A stretch of DNA of 64,000 nucleotides, taken from assembly GCA_973895155.1 (NCBI GenBank), contig OZ316895.1:8172184-8236183 (forward strand), given 5' to 3'. This document shows positions 22,152 to 34,500 of the stretch, in pieces; position 1 is the first letter of the stretch; each line of letters starts with the position of its first letter. The position numbers and the translations under genes are program-made. The stretch is from Marsupella aquatica. Taxonomy: Eukaryota; Plantae; Marchantiophyta. The notes beneath the pieces are model-generated. The model was given only the letters and a program-made list of their open reading frames with translations. It was not told where the DNA came from and did not search any database.

Positions 22152-23828
22152 ATGAAACAATCATGAAAAACATCTTTTTTTGAAACTTCTCATAAAACTC
22201 AAAACTCAACACCATTGCGTAGCCCACGAAGCTAGGAGTCCAATACTGAAAGCCGAAATCAAAATTGAAATTCGACAAAAAAGTTATTCAAATTTTGGTC
22301 GGGGTGGGTTAAACCTTGGGAAACTCCCCTATTTTGACCACCTCGAAGAATAACCGAAATACCAAGTACAACCCGTCGGCGGAATCACGATGTGAACGGT
22401 GCGTCGCGTTGCTAACTCCAATGGCAACGTCCTCGCCAAAAAATAAACAAAAAGGTTACCGTTTGGCGGACATAATCTTCGTTGGACGGCCAAAAAATAG
22501 CTCTTTGTTTTTTGGGAATATTCCCGCACAGTCCAACAGGTCTCACAGGGGGCCGTTCCCCCTGTTGGAGCAGTTAAAACGGAGGGCGACAGGTCCCGGC
22601 ACCAAGGTTAAACCAATATAGAGGAAAAAGAGGCAAAAAAGAGGCTGTAAAGGGGGTGCAAAGCCCTTATCACAAAAGTACAAGTATATAAAGAAAAGGC
22701 GCATCCGTATAGGCGACGCAAGGCGGGCCAGCGGGTGTACAGGGCGTCGGGGTGGGAAAAAGACGGCAGTGCACGGCCGCAAGGGGGGAGAATATGGGCT
22801 GCGTACTCTTGAGGCACGGCCGGGGAGGGGGAGGGCGAGGCGACCAGCAGGGCGCCAGGTCGCAAGCGGGGGTTGTCCAGAGGGCGAGCGCGGGGCACGG
22901 GTGAAAAAAGGTCGGGCGATCGTAAGGGCAGCTGCCGGGCGGCAGCTTTCGCGCCGGCTGGCACTGCGGAGGGCCGGAAATAGCGCTGCTGCTGCGGGGG
23001 GCGAATACAGTACGCAGGGCCGGGGAGAAAAAATGGGGTGACTGGGAGTTTAGGGGTAAAAACGTGTGTTTATACACACACGAATGTGTGTATAAACACA
23101 CACAAGGGGTTAAACCCCTTTTAGCCCTAAAAACAAATTGGCACCCAAAGCAAAGAACAAAGCCCGGGTTACACACCTTGCCGCCGTTTCCAATGAGAAA
23201 ACAACGAGTTCTCGACGGAATATGTTGCCGAATCACACCGGCGCCGTCTGCAACTCCAGCACTATAAAAGCTTCTGCCGCATCGCCTTCACTCCGCATCA
23301 AGTGCCAATCCTGGGCTCAAAATGACCGCCTCGCCGCAATCAATCCGTTGAGCTGTGGCACTTCGCGTCTCTTTCACCAAGTCAGACGTCTTGAAGAGAA
23401 ATTCGGTTCAGATGAGAACAAGCTCCATAGCTTGTGAAAAACCTGAACGCCTCCTTCACTTGTCACGACACACTCGGTAACAACTCGGCAGCAATCCAGC
23501 TACCGAAATGACCAGCTCGCTTCAACCTTCAACTTGAGCTGTAATGTGATCCCTCCCGTATCGCACAGCTCACACTGTTGAAAAACGCAAACTCTGGTCT
23601 CTCCCCCGAAATACCGTCAAACACGAATAAACCCTGAATGATGCAAACTTCAATTCCTCCGCACCACGGATACCAATTAGAAAGTTCTAACCACCGTTAG
23701 AAAGCCCTCTCACTAACCTATCCGCTCAGCCACACACATTCGAGTTTCATGCGACGAAACTCCTATACCATCGACAATGAACGCTAGAAAATAACTATCA
23801 CAAAAAAACCTTGTCACCTCCCAGGCAT

Positions 23829-23840
23829 GCTCTGATACCA
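23829..23840 (-). promoter_or_regulatory. Copia primer binding site (tRNAiMet)
   Basis: GCTCTGATACCA is the reverse complement of TGGTATCAGAGC and lies 2 bp from the 5' LTR. Confidence 0.9.
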
Positions 23841-23842
23841 CT

Positions 23843-24184
23843 TGTTGAGCATAGACGACATTCGTAACAGCAAGCCCATGAACCATCCAACGCACAATAG
23901 TCAACACAGAGAGATACGTGGTTCACCTCCACATGAGGCTACGTCCACGGGAACACACAAGAGCTTTACTGCACTCTAGGCCGACCGGCCATACCAAGCA
24001 TCCACAGCACAAGCTCTCCCTATCTCTCAACTAGCTCCGTAACAATGAGCCTAAGTTCCACCAGGGTCTGGCATCAGCCCTGGCTATATACACAACAACA
24101 CTACCGCTAACAATAGCTAAGTCCTAACCCAAGTTAGCCTAACTGTAGTTAGCTCATGAGTCACAAGACGAGCAATATCTAACA
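23843..24184 (-). repeat. Copia 5' LTR (342 bp)
   Basis: Direct repeat of 17322-17665, followed by the TSD CAAAC. Confidence 0.95.
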
Positions 24185-24374
24185 CAAACAATGTCATGTG
24201 TGTTTGTGGTAAAACCACTCACATGACCCAACCATAGGCAATGATTATTGAAATGGACTTGTCCTAGGAACCCACTAATATTTTAGAGTGCTTAATTATT
24301 TTAGGGTTCATAAACTAATTAAACTAGCTCTTCAAGCACATCTATCTATCTTATTTATAAAGCTTGAGCATAAG

Positions 24375-25400
24375 CGAGAGTTGGGGTCTAGACTTCTAGA
24401 ATGAAACTTCTAGTCCGTACCCCTAAATAACAACAAAACTAATAAGTACAAAATGGAACATGAATACCAAAAACACCGATGGGCAAAGTGACATGACAAC
24501 TTAGATTCTTTTGCAAGGCTTTGTTTTGGTTTTATCTCTACTAACATTCAAAGAATGGGTATTCACGCTAGTTCATGGTCCGTAATAAATGACCATGAGA
24601 AGGTAAAGTTGGGGTCTAGGTTTCTAGAGTGAAACCTTTAGACAGGGACTCTAGAATCCCACCAAAATTTATGTGGATTAAAATATCTAGTCACAAAGAT
24701 TATTTTTGTCATCGTTCCTATTAATATTCAAAGAATGGGCATGGGTCATTTTTATTAATCTTAGTTATAAAGGGCTAAGATAAAGTAAAGTGGGGTCTAG
24801 GTTTATAGAGTGAAGCATATTCAATGAATGGGCATGGGTCATTTTCATTAATCAATCTTAGTTATAAAGGCGCTAAGAGAAGCTAAAGTGGGGTCTAGGC
24901 TTATAGAGTGAAGCCTCTACAGGGGCTCTAGGGCCCCACCATGTGGATGAAAGGAAGCATGGTCGCATGGATGCATGTCAAATGCTTTTTGTCATGGTTC
25001 ATTTTACATTTTAAAGGAATGGGCATTCATGGTTTCTATTTACATTAAAGAATGCGCACTCGTATTCAAAGAATGGGCATGGGCATTCAGGCTCGTGTAA
25101 ACTCATCTAGCGTTTCTAGTCACTAGACCACACTGTTCACAAGATTAATAGTCAAAGAATGGGTGTAATGCTCTTGTAGCGTTTCTAGCAAATAGACCAC
25201 ATTGTTCACAAGATTAAAATCAAAAGTATGTGCATTCAAGCAAATACACTTCACAATTAATATTCAAAGAATGGGGGCATTCAGCTGGTGTAATGCTCGT
25301 GTTGTTCACAAGATTTACTATTCAAAGAATGTGCATTGAGCTCGTGTAATGCTCTTGTAGAGTTTCTATCAAATAGACCACACTGTTCACAAGACTGGTG
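24375..25400. repeat. Mosaic of degenerate local repeats
   Basis: GTGGGGTCTAGG.TT.TAGAGTGAA occurs 4 times (~24380, 24608, 24790, 24888). ATTCAAAGAATGGG and TAGACCACA.TGTTCACAAGA each recur several times. Confidence 0.7.
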
Positions 25401-25669
25401 AATGCACTATAGAATGTACTATCAATTTCCCAACACAAAATGCCGTGCATCACTGTTCCGGGGAAGACGGTAGTCAGCAAATTCAAGGATTTCCCTAAAC
25501 CCTCGTTCAGACCAGGAGATCCAAAATTCGAATCATCGTTCCAAGCTTACGCAGGCAAGATTTCAGAGTTACGACACTCTCAATTCCGCAGAAACACCTT
25601 TCTTGACCCACCGTAAGAACTCAATGACGCAGTAGAGGAATTGTAATGCTCGTGCCAACTTCAGCTCCG

Positions 25670-25714
25670 TTCTACATAACTTGCTTCTACATAACTTGCT
25701 TCTACATAACTTGC
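25670..25714. repeat. Perfect 15-bp tandem repeat x3
   Basis: (TTCTACATAACTTGC)3. Confidence 0.9.
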
Positions 25715-25753
25715 CATGACGATTTGCTCATCTGCGAATTGAAGCGTTTACAT

Positions 25754-26064
25754 GATTTCTATGAGTGGATAGTGACGTTTACAAACGTAACTCCTCCAAA
25801 GCAGTCTAAATGACCTGCGAAGCACTCTCAAGTCATGCAAGATAGCTCAAGTCATGCAAGATAGAAGCAAGAACCCGCAATTGAAATCGTCCTCTGCTAG
25901 GACCGGCGATCAATGATCAAGGCGAGATTTCTATGAGTGCATAGTGACGTTTACAAAAGTAACTCCAAAGCAGTCTATATGACCGGAGAAGCACTCTCAA
26001 GTCATGCACGATAGAAGCAAGAACACGAAATGGAAATCGTCCTCTGCTCGGACAAGCGATCAAT
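25754..26064. repeat. Tandem duplication, ~140-160-bp unit x2
   Basis: GATTTCTATGAGTG.ATAGTGACGTTTACAAA.GTAACTCC...GAAATCGTCCTCTGCT.GGAC..GCGATCAAT at 25754 and 25926. Confidence 0.85.
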
Positions 26065-27252
26065 ATTGATAACATCGTGATTCAATTGTACTCGAGTTCA
26101 ATTAGAATCTCTCAGATTGATGAATTTTGGTGGCACTAATTCTTTTGTAATCTCTCACATAGATTTACCACAAGTTGACGTCATTGATATCTGGGATGCT
26201 TTGTGGTCCTGGTCCAACCTACTCTCCTTCCTGGTACGGATCCCTGGGCATGGTCTCCCCTACAGTGGTGCATACTCCAAAGTAGAACCTCTGTTCCATG
26301 GGTCTACGTTAGGCTTCCAAGGAAAAAACAAAAAAAACAAAAGTTGGTGTCATTGGTATCTGGATCAATCGCAAACTTAGCTCCTGGTTTAACCCTCTCT
26401 CCCTCCTGACCAGGGTCCCTGTCGGATCCCTGGGTGTTGTCCCCTTGTGGCTACCCTACATAAAATCGCATCCTTCGGAACACGTCTATCCTCTGTTGGA
26501 AGGGCCTGCTTTGGCTTTCAAGGCAAAAAAAACTTAGCCAGGGCTTCGTTGCAATGTAGACATAGATCCAGATCCTCGTCACCGAAAAAAGTAACTCGAC
26601 CAGCACCTCTGAACATTGCCTTGGACAGACTGCTTGTCGACACGAGACTGATTCCACTAAAATACAATCTACGTAACATCTACGAGATTGTCATCCGAAT
26701 GAAATGAATTCATCGTCACCTTTATAAGCTCCGCTCCGCTCAGCGAATAAGAATTTAAGTTACTCTTCATCTGCATCTTGGGAGGTCAATGCCCTCCATT
26801 GGGACAAAAGCGAGCCCTTGAAAAGGACCTGAATAAAAGTATCTACTGTGTAGTGTGGAGGAATTGTAAATAATTTTATTAAGGTCTCTCCTCCCTAGAA
26901 GAAAGGACGAATTCGATTCACTAACTTTGGCCCCGACTTTGACACTTGGACGAAAAAACAATTGGAGCTCCGACCTGCGTCTTTCCTTTAATAAACGTAT
27001 TTCCCATTCAACACGAGCTATTTCTGCCCCTACTCATTCGTGGACGATCGCCTTTGAACTACAGTACCTTATCTCCCACAATGCGTGGAAGATCCACCGA
27101 ATGATACCCTAACACTAAGACTTCATAGCCCCTTCACACAGTCCTTCTATCCCACTTCTTCGACTGAGATTGAGGAATTCCCAGTGCCTTCATGATCCAA
27201 TCGTAGACAGAGAGCCCTCAGGCATCGAGGCGTGTCCACACGATATAACAAC

Positions 27253-29339
27253 ATGGAACTCGCCAACTGCCTGGCAGCTCCAGCAATTGTCTTGCTCAAA
27301 GCTTGCTCTATGTTGTTATTTCTCGGTTCTGCGTGCAGTGCTAGCGTACGGCTCGAAAGTTGCCCTCTGATAGTCCCCCTTCCCTCATACGCTCCTGCCA
27401 TACCCTCCGACAATTGGTCACCCGTGACTGCCGAAGTGGCTGCCAAATTAGAGAGCACAGTCTCCTCGTTTATAGCGAACAACTCAATCCCATTTTATGC
27501 AGTTTCGATCGTGCATGCGGACCAGACGGTGTTCACCTCGGGCTCGGCCACAAGCGCATTCATGATCGGCTCCGTGACCAAAACGTTCATTGCCTTGGGA
27601 GCCCTCATTCTTCGCAAAAGAGGCCTTCTCTCTCTCGACGATCCCGTCAAAAAGTTCCTCCCGAGCTTCACGATCATAAATCCATATGAACCGCACGACA
27701 TCACCTTGCGCGAGCTCATGGGGCATGTATCAGGACTGCCCCGAGAGCTATGTGCCTTCTACGTCGCGGGGGCGCAATGTCCCGTCGAAGAAGCGGCAGT
27801 GTTGAAATCCTTGGCCCAAATGGAGCTCGTTCGACCTCCATGGAGCAGAGAACCGGCATACTCCAATTTGGGATTCGCTCTCCTGGGCCACGCTTGGGAA
27901 AAGGCAACCTGCCCGTCCAAGACTTGGGGCGAGTTTTTGGTGGAGGAAATCCTCGAGCCACTCGGCATGAACAGTACCGGCGCGGATTTGACAAATGTTA
28001 CGCTGGTTACGAATGAATCGGCTGCAACTTTTGACATCGGATGGATTGCCCCAGCAGGAATGATGTGAGTGCTAACAATACTGGAACCCACCTCTTCATG
28101 AATGAATAAATGGACCATTTCTAATTTGCAATCTTTGCCGTGAAGCATGCTACTCGTGATTTAGAATGCTACCTGTGGTAAAATAGAAAGGTACATCAAG
28201 ATTTCAGATCCCCTTGTGATAAACGTAAGCCTTATGTACACTGTTCGGCTACTAGTCTAATTAAGGGCAAGAATTAGTCTTAGTAACACTAATTTTGGTG
28301 GAGTTCAGAATAATTCTAAATTCTTCTTCATTTTTCAAAATAGTTTTTAATACTTTTGTTGAAAAGTACAAATTACACTTCCCGATTCGTCTTTATTTTT
28401 CCAAACAGCTATTTTCCACTTTATTGAAAGTGCTAGTGAAAAAGGGTGATCTTGAGTACAAAGTGACACTAATTCTTGTTTATTTTTCAAAACAGTTTCT
28501 TTCCCACTAATTTTGTGAGTATTCATCAAATTAACCAAATCGAGGGTAGGATCTGACATTCTGTAATGTCGCGCAGGTACTCCACAGCTACTGATCTTGC
28601 AAAGTACCTAATCTTCTTACTCAATGCCCAACCAGCTCTGATATCTGCTGCAAACATCCGAGAGTGGACTCACTCCGGGACAACATTTCCAGATGGCAAA
28701 GGAGGCTTTGCTTTACCCTGGGAGCTTATAACCATCAATTCTACCGGCAGAGAGTTCTTGATCACTAAATCTGGAGCCATAGATAATTTCCTTGCTGTCA
28801 TTGCCATCCATCCACCAACCCAGCTCGGATTTTGTGCCCTCGTTGCTAACAATGATTCCTCGTTGCTAGGTCCCGGTACACTCACAGTGGAAGTTCTCGA
28901 TTATCTCATCCCTCTAGTAGAACAGGAGACTGCACGAATCATCGACCCTCTTTACACTGGACACTACGTCTGTAAGGCGACCCCGCCAATCTACAGCCAA
29001 CCTTTGAGCCTCATTACTGAAGTCCTTGGAGGGTTCATAGACATTGCAGATTCACCTTCGCTGGGCCTTTCTGCTGCCTTCAATGTGTCAGTGATAGTTG
29101 ATGGCCAACCTGCAGAAGCAATAGGAGTGTTGAGCATGCTGCTGAAAAATTCTACCCAGAATTCGTTCTGGGTGGGCTCGGGTGGCAACTGCGCATTCTT
29201 CTTTGAAGGCCTCAGCGGCGTCGTCAGCACAACTGACCCCAATTATCCGGGAACTGAATACTTGTACGAGATTGAATTCGATTTTGCAAATAAGACCGTG
29301 TTATGGCCTGCTGTGGGTGGTGTTTGCTCGAAGAAGTAG
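27253..29339 (+). CDS. Secreted beta-lactamase-family (class C/AmpC-like) serine hydrolase; exons 27253-28064 and 28577-29339, ~524 aa
   Basis: SxxK (IGSVTK), YSN (PAYSNLGF), KSG (ITKSG), LSLDDPV and ITLRELMGH motifs. A GTGAGT...GCAG intron (28065-28576) joins AT+G to restore the family motif PAGMMYSTATDLAKYL. The N-terminus is hydrophobic and signal-like. Confidence 0.88.
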
Positions 29340-31579
29340 ACTAGCATTGTGCACACAACTGTTTCAGCGAATTCAGTTGCAGATATTGAGTTACAATGAA
29401 CAGCACTGCATAGTATGACACAATCTGATGTACTAGTGTCAGCGCAAAAACAAAAATATATTAAAGTTTTTGGCTCACTGACAAAATATTTTGCGCATGC
29501 TCTGTGCGAATGGGGATGGTACACTACACAAGGTTTGGTCCGTAAGACTATACGTACATATGTAGACTAAGCGCTGTAACGGAGTACCTTGCTTAACTCG
29601 TGTTAGACTTGGTCATCATCCTTTGCACAATTGGTTGATTAAACGTGGGATTTTGAGTATCAATTCCTGCAGGGATAATGTTTGAGGCGGGCATTATTAG
29701 CATCCAGTTGATGTATAAAAAAATGTGACTTAACACTTAACCAAAGAACACCACCTTGGAAATGATACCGTCTGTGGCTTTTAAAAATCACAAGGTCAAT
29801 TTCCCTTTCTAGCAGCAAAATGCAAAAGAACAACAAAAGTCAGTCTCACCACTTCGTTAGGTTGAAAAGAATAATCACCAAATACTACGCAGAATCTGAA
29901 ATGTCTAGGACCAGAAACGAGCTAACCCAACGTGAATTGTTTCATTTGGGTATTGATCGTAATGCTGATCATCTGATTTAGGCAGGTTTCTTCCCTACGC
30001 GTCAGATCCAGACACGATGCGTAAAACCATTGAGGCAAAAGTAAAAAACCAGTTGACTTCACAACTTGTTCAGAGTGGTGATAGAGAACATGAGCAATCT
30101 TGACAAACACTTCCCTAACAATGTCCTTAGCTCCCTAACACTTCCAAAAGTGATGTCAAACACCACACAGGAGAACCATTATCTATCAAGTTCACGCTGT
30201 CAGCTGCCCATAGTCAGTTTGACCCGAATTGGATCAAGCCAGAGTGGATACCTCACGCGTCTCGCTAGGGTTGAGGGAAGGACCATTGAGGAATCGCTTT
30301 AAGCCAAAATGGGTCAGAAACAATGCGAATTTTGCAAGCAAGAACAAGTGCAGTGCAGTGCAGTTTGGACCTCGTACAATTTAAAGTTTTTTCTCCAAAT
30401 CTCAATGCCCTGCAATTTCGCATTCAGAAACGAGAGCATTCAAAAGCCAGCCAACACATACGAACACCCTAGAAAGACTGCTTTGCTTGAAAATTGTGAC
30501 CCGTGCAGAATCTATCCGATTCTTAACTTGAAAATTTGATGTTCTAAACTACTACTAACAATTTCCGAGCGATTTGCATGAAATACACATTAAAGTTTTG
30601 CAAAGTGACTGACTGTGAAAGGTACATTCAACCTCAAGACTTTGATCCTCGAGAAAAGTAATCTTGTGCAGACAATTTGGACGACACCGTCAGCTCTTGT
30701 CGATGCCTCTTAACAAAGAACTTCATAAAATATACCACCACAGCTGAGAACTATCCTCGAAAGAAAACTTTCAATAATTACATGCAGTGACTCCAGCCAA
30801 TATGTGACAGGTCGCAGGAAAAATGGATGCTTCACAAGAGGAGAAATACTCAGTGTGTCTTTTCTTGCACTAGATGAAGTTCTAGCTGAAGATTGAACCA
30901 CTCAGTCTTGACCAGTAATATGAATGGTTTACAGGTGGTTCCGTGATAAGCGCCCCTAGTCAAAATCTGCTTCGAATGAGCACTCGAGGAAATCGAGTAA
31001 AAGATAATTTCCACAAAGCTCAGTGTAGTAAAAACATCTGGGTACCATAAACCAGAGCAATTGCATTGATATAGGAAGGCCGAGGGATGATGTCCAAAAA
31101 ACACACGAGTAGGAAGCAATCAATGACGTTCACGATGTGAGGCTCTACAGAACTGCAGCCTGGATATCTCATCCAAGAACGATCTCTATAACATACTTGA
31201 ACACGATCTTTTCAATCCGTAGATGTCCCCTTCATTGAACACCTGTCATATAACACCACCATGAGAATTTTCCAATTTTTCAGACTTCACCAAGATCTGG
31301 CGCATGCTAAAATGCTATCCCACATATTTCCGCCCTTTTCCCATAACTGGCCATACAAATATCTTAGGTAACGAAGTAACATCCGCAGCGACGCCACAAG
31401 GGGCCACAACATGAAATACGTGATACCTCAATCTCACGTAAGCAAAAGAAATTGCATACTTCGTTTGCGAGCACAGGATATTTGCTAGGAGAAAGAAAAT
31501 TCAAAGAAAAGAGCCATACCTCTTTGCATTATTTCGAGAGGGTGACAACAGCTTCCCTTGGCAAATGTTTATTTTACGA

Positions 31580-34500
31580 CTAGAACCCTCCCAGACCGCC
31601 AAAATGCTTCTTCGTTGCCTGATCTTTTCTATGATGGTTATCGTCTCTCCTCCCTCGACCTTGGGCTCCTCTTCCACGACCGCTTGCACCACCCCTTCGT
31701 CCACCTTCCCCTGAATGACCAGAATGTGGCTGGCCATAATCTCCCTGGGCACCACCCTTCCCAGATTTCGTATGCTCCGCATCATCTGTCTTTCTTCCAC
31801 TTGACATGGCCTCTTGTTGGGGCACTGGAACATTACCACCTGCTCCAAGCCCATATATGGTCTGTGCCTCTTCCTGTCTAATTGCATCCGCCTCTTCCAT
31901 ACTTGAAACTCCGACAGCCCCAGTCACCTTGTAACTGTAAAGTTTTCCGTCCTTCAAGTAAAATTCCGGCTTCGGCCCTTGTTCCTTCCATTTCTTCCTA
32001 CCTTTCCCGCCGCGGCTTCCACGTCCTTCGCCTGCTGTGGGGTCAGTTGCTGTGTCCTGATTTTGGACCTCGACCTCAGGTACAACAGGAGCTGACCTCT
32101 GAGATTCCGAGCTTGCTCTTTGGGCACCCATTGAATCACCCCTGCCCTTTGTAAGTGTGTGGTAATATTGGTTGTCACCCACAGGTACAACAGGAGCAGA
32201 TCTCTGAGGCTGAGAACTTGCACTTTGACTTCCCAATGAAGTGCCTCTACCTTTCGCAGAGCCACTCCCCCAAGGTGTCAGTACAAAAGGTCTACCCGAA
32301 TTGAGTCTACCCAGACTCTCATCTTGACCGTTACGTCTGTTGCCAACTTGGTCTGCTAACGTGTCTGTCTCCTCGTTACCTCCAGCATCAGCGACATAGC
32401 CGCCCAGCTCATCGAAGGAATCATCGTACTCATCTTCGTATTCAATTTGAGCAGCAGCAGCTCTTATAGCAGCTGAAGTAGTAGCATTACGACTGTCAAG
32501 TAGCTCACTGAAGTTACCATCCTCTTTCTGTCGACGTACGTACCGACCAAGATTTGAAACAGAAGGACCAACTGGATCCTCTGTAGTCACTTGCGAATAC
32601 CCAGTGGAAGCACCTGGGTTGGCGGCCAGAGACGAGGAAGAACCCAATTCTTTTGACACACTTTTCTCCTCCCACATACTCTTCTGTTTACCAGATATCG
32701 GCTGCTCACTAACCTTACCTTTCCCTTTATCTTTCAAAGGTTGTGCAACTTTATCTGGCTTGGTCGCAAGTGACGTATCAAGCAACAAAAGATCAGGATG
32801 CAATGTTCCTTCCAGAATTCGTTCAATTACTTTTTCAGGGTCATTGTCGTACACCTCAAGACAAGCTGCTGTAAACCCATCCCCATATTCAGGAAAAAGA
32901 TCCTTTATTTGGCTGATCTTTGATTGCTGAATCACAGTTTCCTCCTCCACTTCCTTTCCGGGCAGAGTGAGCAGCAGCGGGAAGCTCTCAGTGCTCATGA
33001 CGAGGGGATTCTCATTCCCTCCGTTGCCTGGTTTGGTGTCGGCCAGTAAAGCAGACAAGTAATCTTGCTGTGCCTCATCCAGAACTACTGTGCCTGCACA
33101 CGCATAGGTCGAACGGGAACTGTTGCTGATTAGTACGTTTAATAACACAGTTCTGGTCGCATAAAACAAGAACACGATTATCAAGCAATTCAAATCGATC
33201 ATGTAATAAGAAATTTGAAAATTTCAAGTGAGAACACCCTCACACATCCTTCCAGATATGGCTATCAAGGTTACTACCTCTGTCATGAGCCTTTTGTATA
33301 TGAATAGACAGCCCATGGAATCTTTCCACACTTCGCAACAAAGCTCCTGTGCAGACCAGTCGGGTAACACTGGAACCAAGTTCTCCACCGACACTCTCAT
33401 CATCATTGTCAGAAGGTCCCAGAGAAACTACTGCTTGTACAAGTGAGTCACCCTTCCATACTGCATCCTCATATGTTCTACTAGACACAGCTTCGGTTGC
33501 GGAATCCTCTCCTGAAGTTCCTTCAAGGTAATGCAATTCCAGGAACTTCCACACTAGCTCAACTAGCCTTGCACTAAGCTTACGAAGTCGATCTTGAGCA
33601 CCAACACCAGCTCCATTTTGATTACTATGGATCTCAGCTGACTCAAGCTCCTGGTCCTTTGCTGAATTGTGGAGAGCTGCGAAACCTTTTTGAAGGATTG
33701 GCAATAAGGTATCATGAACCGTGGCTAGTGCTGGAAGAAACAAACCCTGCCCAGAACTGAATATTCAGAAATTGTCAGTAAAATTCTCTTCCCTCACAAT
33801 GCGTGGTCGAAATTCTCAACGTTTTCCTCTGCAGGTCTAGCGGAAGAATTTGTGCAATTATAACGAAAAGACCCTTTGCGCCATTGGAAAAATGAATAAA
33901 GCAGAATTTCTTTGCATACATTGAATTCCCTGAGGAGACAAAGACTTCTGCAGCTGGTGGATAAGCCTTGACGAATGCTTTCAGCGTGATCATGACATCG
34001 TTCAAGAAGTCAACTACCTGCTCAAGTCCAATTCAGTGGGACGTTAGTGCAGATCTGGCTGCAACAGCTTCAAATTTACTTGCAACGAAAGACTCCTGGA
34101 GTCCAACCTTAAGTCAGTCTTTATACTTGCACCGGTTTAAGAACTTACCTCTAGGAGCTCCCTATGTAAAGCATTGCCCCCAACTGTGGTAGAGGCCCTA
34201 TCGCTGGGATTTGTAATAGCCTGCCAAAGAAAGTCCAATGAGACGATTGCAACCTGGTCATACTAGCTAATCCTAATCCGAAACCAGAAATAGAATTCAA
34301 CGTGGTTCACCAACTTGATACCCAACTGTGAGGTGCGACTATTACCTTAATGGCTTGACAACACCGTTGGTGCATTGTATAAATCCTCTCCAACAGTGGA
34401 GGGATGTAAGCCGTCAATTCTCCAATGTAACCAGGCTGCACTTTGAATACATTGCTGACCTTTGAAATCACATACCAAAAGAGTAGTCAGCGCACCCGTC

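Larger units (their letters stand above)
17322..24184 (-). mobile_element. Full-length decayed Ty1/copia LTR retrotransposon
   Basis: LTRs at 17322-17665 and 23843-24184 (TG...CA; 12 substitutions plus a 2-bp indel by hand count). Perfect TSD CAAAC (17317-17321, 24185-24189). PBS and PPT present; order gag-PR-INT-RT-RH. Confidence 0.97.

Noticed and set aside
22316-23437. Overlapping ORFs in the copia leader
   Set aside because: Low-complexity GC-rich UTR with no domain signatures.
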